From Jimgerdemannia flammicorona (lineage: Eukaryota): a DNA stretch of 44,220 nt. Below are positions 35,460 through 44,220 of the stretch, one piece after another. The notes under the pieces are model-generated. The model ran no database searches. It saw nothing but the letters and a program-made list of their open reading frames with translations, and was not told the origin of the DNA. Both the position numbers and the translations under genes were made by a program. Positions within the stretch are counted from its first letter, which is position 1. Every line of letters begins with the position of its first letter. The stretch is taken from the NCBI GenBank assembly GCA_003990765.1, contig RBNJ01000071.1:1-44220 (forward strand), given 5' to 3'.

Positions 35460-35900
35460 AGCATGAACGGTCGGAAAATCTTTGTCGGCCCGTTATCACA
35501 AGTTGTCTTCGACAAGCTACTGCAACTTCACCCCTACCTAGGAATAGTAGAATTCTCAGGATATGTGAAGGGATTTGCAACTTCGTGCCGGGCGAACTCG
35601 TATCTCTCGACAAATATTTGCGCCACCCAAACCCGTATTCCTTCAACGTTTACCGAAGACGACAATTTTTACAGGCAGCAATCGATCATTACAATTCGCT
35701 CGAGCACAATTCCAAAATTCGCTATTGTCAAGACCTTACCATCGTGTTCCGAAGGTGGTCGCTCGCCCTTACGCCAAGAGACTTCTAAATTGACCACAAA
35801 CCACGCGACAAGCGTTGTGCTACTTGTTGTATGTGTTAGACCTGGCGAGTTTCGCATATATCGACAAAAGAAAAGTATAGACAAGCGTCAAGGTCCGTCG
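34880..35900 (+). pseudogene. P-loop NTPase pseudogene resembling Crinkler-like families of early-diverging fungi
   Basis: Walker A remnant GPVGVGES (K>E) followed by HLALFLAAK, LYISHAA, RFLALNKDIITTDEL, IFVGPLSQVVFDKLLQLHP and CNFVPGEL. Spread over several frames, with a (TA)n insertion at ~35429-35454. Family assignment is from recollection. Confidence 0.55.
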
Positions 35901-38806
35901 CCAAAAGCTGAAGGTTAAAAGGTACTTCTCTCTAAATTTCATTCAGAAATGAGGGGAGGGGGACTATAGATATTTGGCACTCTCCACGATGACGATCCCG
36001 CGAATCATGTCGACGGCCCAATTCACGGACCAGCCGTTATCAATTGTAGGCAAGGATTGATTATAATGATCCAACCTGTTCGTTCGATATGTATCGCTTT
36101 ACCAACATTAACTGCTATGACGTTCCACCAGAAATTGGGCGGTCTGTAAGAAAAAGTCGGATCTATCGCGACGCTTTTGCCAGTAAATTCCTTAAGAGAA
36201 ACGTCGTAAAACAATCTGTCGAGCCTGAAAAGTGATAGCATGTCCAATCTGGTCTTTATTGTCTTCCATACCCTATTTATACAACTCGTTCCTGTCTCTA
36301 TGACTAATTACTATAAAATCGCACGGTTACGCGCGATAACACGTCCAGGCTGGCTGCCAGCAGTTTCTGGACTAATAGGCACAGGCATACCCGTATTCTA
36401 TGACGTGGACTGAAACGCATGAACCAATCGCACTCTACCAACTGTCGCCCCCATGCCATACGCCCCCCACACACCCCATCACCGAATTCACCTCCTCCAT
36501 CCTCGTCGTCGGTGCCATCTAAAAGTTGAGTATATTGTCTTATATGTTTGCACACAAGAAAGCTTACTTATTTCGAAAGACGAACTTCCCTGCGGGGGTA
36601 CCTTGGCCTAAATGTCCATAGATGATGCCCTGGCCTACAGCTTATAGATACGGCGTAGGTTCGGATGCTGGAGTACTAGATCCCACCCAAGATAAGTCCA
36701 AGGTGAGTGGACTGTTACTTCCGTGATAGGCGGACATATAACGCTGGGTGGCACGGGAGACAGGCAGTAAGATATCAACGGTCCACGGCAAGTAGATTTT
36801 CTCTCCCAACACTTTGTGAGTATGGCCGGACACAAATCCCCCTTCTACCGTCAGTTGTTAATTAACCCCGGTCTGGGCAAGCCTTTAAGCCCAGATGAGG
36901 CCCTTTGAAACCGTTTCCGTTATATGAATTTGACGCGTTGCACGTTTGGATTTGACGCGTCACGCGCGTCCTATGGTATGGAATAAAGCCCAGATTTGAA
37001 CTATCGCGTATAATATATAGAGGCTTGACAGGTTGCCCTGTGACACCTCACTTAAGGAATTTACTAGCAAAAGCGTTGCGATAGATCCGACACTCGACAC
37101 TCAACCGTTCATCACACTCGGTCTTTGGGTATAGAGTGCGCGCGCGCTTTCTGGTGTGCTCTAATTATGCAGTTTCTTATGTGCTGTATGCACGATTTCT
37201 TGTACTTACAGACCATCTTATCTCATCCTACAGTATCTTTGGACGTGGTCACGGTCTTCGGGGCCTTCTCAGTGGCTTGGTACCCGTGCTTGGCGACAAC
37301 GTGCCACATTTCATACGGTTGGCGGCGTTATTGTGAGCGAAAACTTTACACCAACCCACGGTTGGCATCGTGGTTGTGAGAGAAAAGTGTGTGCGTTTGA
37401 TCATTATTTAAACTCCAAGTATATACGGTATCTTCGTTGTCAGAGTGATCTTGCACCCTTTGTTGGGCTGTTGTTGGACGCTGGGCTGGTATATGCAAGG
37501 ATTACTCGCTGCCAAGCGATGTGTAGTGATGCCGAGTCAAACCCCAGAAATACGAAGAGTAAAGTGATTGAGAATCCGAACACAGCACAGACCCAAAAAG
37601 AATCCGTAACCAGCACACAATCCGGCAATTGCTCCAGCCAATTTCTGGGTGGAACAAAAAGACACTTGACTCAAGAATATAGATTTTAGAATCCTGATAT
37701 CGTATTCCGGAAGGCCGCGGCCAGTCTTTCAAACGCCGGAAGCAAAACAAAACAGAATAAAATAGAGAAATGCCTGGACGAATAGACACCAATGGCCGCT
37801 TCAGCGTCATCCAAAACGGTGAGATTGTAAAAAGGCGTCAGGATCGTTTAAATTCTGGCCACCCCTACCACACATATTTGGTCGTTATTTGTTGGTTTGG
37901 TAAATTGAACCTTGTTTTTATTCCCTCTTCCATCCTTATCCTGCTGCACTATTTTGGCAGCCTCTCAATATAACAAAACGGGTTGGTGATCTTGAAAAAC
38001 AAATTAAATGTTTCAACTTCCATGCCCACGACCGTGTTTCGGTATGACTCAAAGAGCCGCCGTCTCGTCCTTTTCGTTGCCAAGCCCGTTGTAGTATCAC
38101 TCAAGCCGCCGTTGGACGAGCCACCATCCGCGCCTTGGAGAGCGTCAGATTGTTTCCCCAATGGAAACCTTTACACACCCTACGAACGAGTCATCGTCAT
38201 CGTCATCGTCGTCGTTTCGTTGTTGACGAAGGTCCTGAAGACCAGCAGACGCGCGTTCTTGTCGGACGGGTACCTTGGCGATGTTACGGACCGAAGCAAC
38301 CTTTGACAAATGCAACGAGAGGTGGGTGCTCCAAATGAGCACTCCATTCGAAATTGTAAATCTGCATCCCAACCAAGTGCTCCAGCGGCGGCTGAAGCTC
38401 TGGTGAACAAATTCTCCTTTTATTTCATATCACATTGAATTATTTGTATGTATGCTCAGAAATAAGAGTGTCTTCACTAAAAAAATTATATTGTAGTTTA
38501 ATTTCCTCCAATGCTGTATTTGATGTGAGAAAGCCTGCTGCGACATCTGTGTTGTAGCATCATTGTCAAATAACCTTTTTTTTTTTTTTCTATCCCAGTG
38601 AAACCAATCCTCTTCAATGTAATAGAGATATTCAGGCTGGAAGAATGAGAGCTCTCAGTCTTGCCACACAGTGCTATTGTCCACGTTATTTTTTCCCCTA
38701 ACCTAGTAACAATTTTTTACGCGATAATCACGATCGATGATCACATGACGACTATTGAATGAAGCGGCTTATGCTTACCTTCTGACATCCATCCACATCC
38801 ACCACC

Positions 38807-40164
38807 ATGACAACCACCGCCCCAGTTCCCGTCCGTAGCTTCCGTGTCGCCGTCCCCTGCTCCACCGCCAACATCGGCCCGGGTTTCGACGTCCTCGGCA
38901 TCTCCCTCTCCCTCTACCTCGTCCTCGATGTCCAAATCTTTTCACCCACTACACCCGTCCCTGACTTCGCCATGACCTACTCGGGCGAAGGAGCCGCCGA
39001 CGTTCCCCTCACTCCTGAGGAGAACCTCACTACCAAAACGGCTCTCTACGTCCTCTCCACCCACAACATCCGAGAATTCCCAAAACCTCTCCGCATCCAC
39101 GTCCACAACCCAATCCCCCTAGGCCGCGGTCTGGGCTCCTCTGGCGCCGCCGTCGTCGCCGGCGTCGCCCTCGGCGATGCGCTCGGGAACCTCAAGCTTG
39201 GGAAGGACCGCATGCTCGACTACTGCCTCATGATTGAGTGCCACCCGGACAACGTCGCCGCCGCTCTGATAGGCGGGTTCGTCGCGAGCTACCTTCGGGA
39301 GCCGGAGCCCGCCGTGACAGAGAAGCCGAACATCCCACATTCAGAGACACTCGAGGAAGGGAGGATCGGGAAGGAGCTCGGGGCGCAGCAGCCTCCGGTC
39401 GGGATCGGGCATTATGTGAGGTTGGGATGGGCAAAGGAGATCAAGGCTATTGCGATCGTGCCTCAGTTCGAGATCGCGACGGCGAAGGCGAGGGCCGTGT
39501 TGCCGAAGAGCTATGAGAGGCAGGATGTGGTAAGTAGGTAGGATGTTGGATGAACGCGGATTGAATGCAGAATTTTCTTTTGTGAAAGCAGGGGGTTGGG
39601 AGGACATAGTTTAAAAGCCCATGTTTCTGCATATCCGGAGACTGGGTGCGCAAATGGTAACTCTGAGAGTCGCGACTCACAAACCTTGCCGAGGAACGTG
39701 ACAATCTTTTCAATTAATCTCATCCTATCAAATCCTCCAGATCTTTAACCTCCAACGCCTCGCCGTCCTCACCACCGCTCTTGGCTGCTCGCCCCCGGAT
39801 GCCGATCTAATCTACCAAGCAATGCAGGACAAGGTGCACCAGCCGTACCGGAAACACCTGGTTTGTATCCTTCTACTCCATCCACCCCCTATCGCATCAT
39901 TGGCTCACCCCTTCTCTCAACTTCCAATCCCACCAGATCCCTGGTCTCCCCGAAATCCTCACGACCATCACTCCCTCAAAGTACCCGGGCTTGCTCGGCA
40001 TCTGCCTCTCGGGCGCTGGCCCCACCATCCTCGCGCTGGCCACTGACAACTTCGTTCAGATCGCCACCGCCGCCCAGGAGGTGTACCAGCGCGTCGGAGG
40101 GTTCGATAGCTTTTACAAGGTGTTGGATGTGGTTGAGGATGGAGCAACGTGCGTGGATACTTAA
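38807..40164 (+). CDS. THR1: Homoserine kinase (GHMP family), 356 aa; exons 38807-39529, 39741-39860, 39937-40164
   Basis: Motifs PCSTANIGPGFDVLG, NPIPLGRGLGSSGAA, HPDN, IFNLQRLAVL, MQDKVHQPYR, CLSGAGPTILAL. Two GT-AG introns restore a continuous frame. Confidence 0.97.
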
Positions 40165-40385
40165 GTGATAGGGGTCGCTCTCTGTTGGTTGGATTGATTC
40201 TGTTGTGGTCGCACGTGAATGTCGTTTGAATAGAATGCGTGTGCTTGATATTATTGGGGCAAGAATCCATTTATGAATAGGTCGAAACCTTGAATCGAAA
40301 AAGCAGCTACACCCAACCCACTAGGCGGCAATTCCGTGACTCGCGCGTCCCCACCACCATCCACCATCTTCCCCTCCCCTTCACT

Positions 40386-40656
40386 GTGGTCCAAAGTTTG
40401 AACTTTTGCGGCTTCATCAGTGTATTTCGCGCCATCGCCAAACCGAACTTTGTCGTGCCGCATCTCGTCGTACCTGGCAACGCTCGGCCATTCCTCGCCA
40501 ATGCGTCGTGAGCAGCCCCGCACATCTCTGCAAAGACGTCCGGCCCCTTAACTTCCGCATGTTCAAGACTTCTAGATTCCTTGTTCTGGCGTTCGACGAG
40601 GATAACTGATTGACGGTGCCATAATCAGAACGCAATACACCCTCTGTTTGTTTCAG
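40386..40656 (+). pseudogene. GEP4: 5' fragment of a mitochondrial phosphatidylglycerophosphatase (HAD family) pseudogene
   Basis: (GTG)VQSLNFCGFISVFRAIAKPNFVVPHLVVP, then an intron at 40477-40535 (GC..AG), then DVRPLNFRMFKTSRFLVLAFDEDN*LTVP*. This resembles the Gep4 N-terminus and its DKDNC motif. Start codon lost and two stops present. Confidence 0.65.
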
Positions 40657-41375
40657 GTGCGGCTCGTATTCGATTCTTCGTTTCTGTTCGTGTCGCTCTA
40701 CCCCGTAGATTTTCACTTGGGATTCGTGCAACGTAGGTTTATTAATGAAGATGCCCAACTCGATACCGAGCTCTAAATGCGTAGCAATACTAATGCGGCG
40801 AATTTAGGCAGGCAACCTCTCCATAGAATCCCTAGAATCTTCTCAACTCTCATCCCGACGGCCACATTCTCAACATACCACCACGGTCACAGGACTATCA
40901 TATTCTGAAGGCGCCGAAGGTATTCCCAAAGACGACATCCGTGAACAAGCGGCCACCGAGGACGAGTGCGAAAGTAAGGGGGCGCCGCCGGAAGGTTTCT
41001 AAGTTTGGAGAGAGGGTGCGGCCGTCCCCACCCCACCCTGCTTCTCGCCCACATCACCACAACCATCCTCGCCAAAGGCCTCCCTGCCCTGCGTTACCCT
41101 TTCCAGCATGTAAACAGTATGCACATTCGGGGAGATTATGAAGTAGAGTTTACCAAGACATCACAAGAAGGTTCGAGTTCTCTTGATGCCATTTATATGC
41201 TTTTTTGTTTTTAACCAGATTGAAGGGAAATATCATGTAACAAACAAAGATAACAAAGGGTAGATGTGTGACGAAAGCCCAGCCTAGCTACCCAAAACCA
41301 TCGATCGGCCCCTTCACCGGTTCAGAATAGTTTACATTGCTCCACCTTCCACCCACAACAAATAAATCACCTTCC

Positions 41376-43005
41376 TCAATACGACCACCCGGTCTGATCC
41401 TGCTGGTGCGAAGCTAGCTCTTCCTTCAGCTGCATCTGCACATAACCGAGCTTGTCGAGCAGCGTCTTCATCCCCATGGACACCACGTCCTCTGGCTTGA
41501 GCGAGCCGACCGTCTAAGTATGTGTGTATGCGGGCATGTAAGTATCTGCAAAGGGGCCGGAGGACGGAAGCAAAGGGGCGATCGTTGATCCTGCTTACCT
41601 CGGTTTCAATATAGAACCGGTCAGGCTTCGCGTTGTAGTCGAACGCTGTACGATGAGAAGTGGGGACCATGCTCGTTAGCACGCAGAACTTGGCAATAAA
41701 GAAATATATTCAAGATGACTTACGAGCGTCGGGATTTGGCTCGGCCTCGAGTTTTGCGTTCCCGCTCACCGGCCTTGGCGTGCGACACAATGGGAGCAAA
41801 TATAAGTTGTAATCGTATATACATTTAATGAAACAACAACAATAATAATAATAATAACATCATATGAAACAGAGCAACGAGATCACAATCGCGAGATTCT
41901 CACCATTCCTTCCCCGCGTCCTCTTCAATCCAGTAATGTGTATGACGGAGCTTGTTGTACGGGTCGTACTCGAACGCGACGCCGGAAACGGGGGACCACT
42001 TGGCGTGCTCCTTGGCGACGCCCTGGATATAAGTCGGGGAGGGGTGAGGATCACGATGAGTTATGGATTTGATGGGAGTGAGAATAACAAAAGAACGTGA
42101 GCGGACATTTACCTTTTTCGCAATGCACTTGAGCTTCAACTCGTGACCCTTGCGTAGTTTAACGATCAGGATGCCCTGGTCATTCTTGTCTGCACGGTCC
42201 GAAATCAAAAGAAACGTCGCGTAATACAAAACCGGATGAGCTCCCTGTGCCAATTGATCAAGCTCACCAAAATATAAAACGAAGAAAAATGTAATCTCAC
42301 CTTCGACGACTGGCTGGAACTGGGGGTTGTTCGACACCAAATCCTTAGAGGTGACAATCTTCGTCCGGTCCTCGGTGCACTTGACGTGGAGAGTAAGCTC
42401 GACGGAGCATTCGCTGCAATATTGAGAGCAGGTGCAGTCCTGTTGGATGAGTCGTGGGGAATGAGTGAGTGGAGGATGGAATCTAATCAACAGATGGGCT
42501 GAAACGAGCAACGCACGTACCCTCGTGTACTTGATCCTTTCCACGTCCGTGCTGTCGATGGGGATCATGCCCAAGCGATGAGCGATGAATTCGTCAGCCA
42601 AGACCGTCGTGTTTGTCTCGATTTCGACCATGTCAATCGCTGTGAGTTTTTGCGCATGTATTACATAGATGTTGCTGTCGATCCCGGGCTAGGGGGAGTG
42701 AAGCGCAACAATTGCGAAATGCACACAGACTGGTAAAAAATGTGTAAAATGCGTACCGATCGTGGGAACCTCGGCGATCATGACGCGGCGGAGGGAGTTG
42801 GCCACACTGTTTGGGAGCGAATGGAAGTTTGGCCAAGAGAGTCAGTACCAGAGTGCTGAAATCGACTTTCGGTGGCGCGGGCAACGCACCTGAGATCTGT
42901 TTCGGTGAGGATGAAGGAGATTCTGTCCTTCTTCAGCTCCTGAATGGTGATGCTTGGGCCGCTGAGCGTTCCGAGGGAACCATAGGGAGCGCCCGAGAGA
43001 TCCAT
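41376..43005 (-). CDS. RPB3: RNA polymerase II subunit RPB3, 284 aa; exons 43005-42890, 42806-42757, 42639-42521, 42439-42301, 42189-42113, 42022-41904, 41773-41724, 41645-41599, 41513-41376
   Basis: Motifs SVANSLRRVMIAEVPTIAID, VLADEFIAHRLGMIP, zinc site [53 protein letters not shown]. Eight GT-AG introns; exons sum to 855 nt. Confidence 0.97.
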
Positions 43006-43721
43006 TTGTTTGAAGAAAGACAGCCAGCTCTTCAAATTGGATGGGTTGTTGATACTTTGAAGTCGCTGGGACTGCGTCACGGAGTCATGTGATGGGACTA
43101 TCCCTTATGCTGCTAATCGTCTTTCCATCTCAGTGTAAAATTGCTCATATTAAATCTATGCACACGTTTTCAACAAAGAATCCCCTTTTATTTATTTATT
43201 GTTATTTGTGGATAATGGAATATCATTGCTATGATTTGGCGATACAAAAATACTTTGGCTTCATATTGTGTTTTTTTTCTTTTTTAGCTACTATGAGCTT
43301 AAGTCAGTAATTAGTTATGAGGAAATTCAATACATTGGAGCCAAATGTATTAGCTTTGCAATGCAAGGAACAAGACTCACTTTTTGTGATTTAAAAATAA
43401 AATAAAAAATAGAAAATAAAAAATAAATAAAGGAAAATATATATTATAATATAGTAAATACATAATTATATAAGTATATCAGATTTCTATATCTTAAAAA
43501 CTTGATCTTCTTTGACTCTGCAGAGTCCTCAGGATGCAGTGGGTGAGTTCAAAGTATATCTGCCCACAGGCTTACTAGTTCTCTTGCTTTTTCTTTGCTT
43601 TGAACTATTTTGATCTGAGGTTTATTTACTCTAGATACTGAAAATTTATTAACTATAAGATAGCTAACTTATGACTATATTTCCTATAAGTCACTTTTTA
43701 CAAGTATGGATCCTCTACATC

Positions 43722-44050
43722 TAGTACTCTAAACAAGTTGATCTGGATCAGATTTGAATCTCATCCAGATTAACTTAGATGAGATTCAAATCTCATCTAA
43801 ATTAATTCAAATCAACCACTGTTTTGATTTCTATAGTACTCTTAAATAAATTAAATCAATTCAAATCAAATTGAATTGAGGGTCATTTGAATCAAATCAA
43901 ATTGAGAGTCTGATTCAAGCTCTATTTTTCAAAATATAATAATTTAATAAATATATATCTAAATTTAATAATCTTTAGCTTATTAGATTCCTCTATCTCT
44001 TTAACTATAAATAAGATCATCTTTTAAAATCATTTAGCAGACAAATTAAA
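43722..44050. mobile_element. Decayed relative(s) of the hAT MITE at 28645
   Basis: TAGTACTCT at 43722 and 43834 is a decayed TAGTGCTCC. ttttcaaaatataataattt...tttagcttattagattc matches 28781-28844. Confidence 0.7.
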
Positions 44051-44220
44051 GTTTGAAAAAATGATTTTTTGAAATATTGTTTTTCTGTTAAAAATATATC
44101 TCAATTTGTTTAAAAAAAAATTTTTTTTTTTTTTTATAAAATTTTTACCAAAGGTAGAATTATTATATAAAAAATTATTGGTAAATTTTTTTTTAAAAGC
44201 TATTATGATTTTAAAAGTTA

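Noticed and set aside
38715-38755. GAT/ATC-rich cluster upstream of THR1 as a 6mA cluster
   Set aside because: ApT methylation near promoters is known in early-diverging fungi but cannot be inferred from sequence alone.
41900-42631. 243-aa continuous ORF as a single RPB3 exon
   Set aside because: It reads through three in-frame introns with canonical GT-AG ends, and the intervening peptides do not fit Rpb3.

Overview
Eukaryotic, fungal DNA. Short GT-AG introns and the Thr1 and Rpb3 protein sequences suggest an early-diverging fungus (Mucoromycota, possibly Endogonales); this is inference. Left end (1-10 kb): the edge of an LTR-like element, then two direct ~2.6 kb copies of an unidentified decayed coding module. 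These bracket an intact, intronless gene for a small secreted protein with a signal peptide, a dibasic site, an NLS-like basic patch and seven 9-aa D/C/H repeats. Middle (~10-33 kb): a CpG-stripped pile of transposon relics. It holds two head-to-tail L1/Tx1-like LINEs, a hAT transposase, a 9-bp minisatellite insertion with an A-rich tail and a 17-bp flanking duplication, an LTR-like unit carrying its own ORF, a possible Plavaka-like fragment, and a chromovirus Ty3/Gypsy interrupted by a younger hAT MITE. Right end (33-44 kb): CpG-rich DNA with BTB, P-loop and GEP4-like pseudogenes and two intact convergent housekeeping genes, THR1 (3 exons) and RPB3 (9 exons). The most notable candidates are the SP7-architecture secreted repeat protein, the VNTR retroposon, the ORF-bearing LTR-like unit and RIP-like non-CpG C-to-T decay of old repeats. 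All alignments were done by eye and no database search was run.
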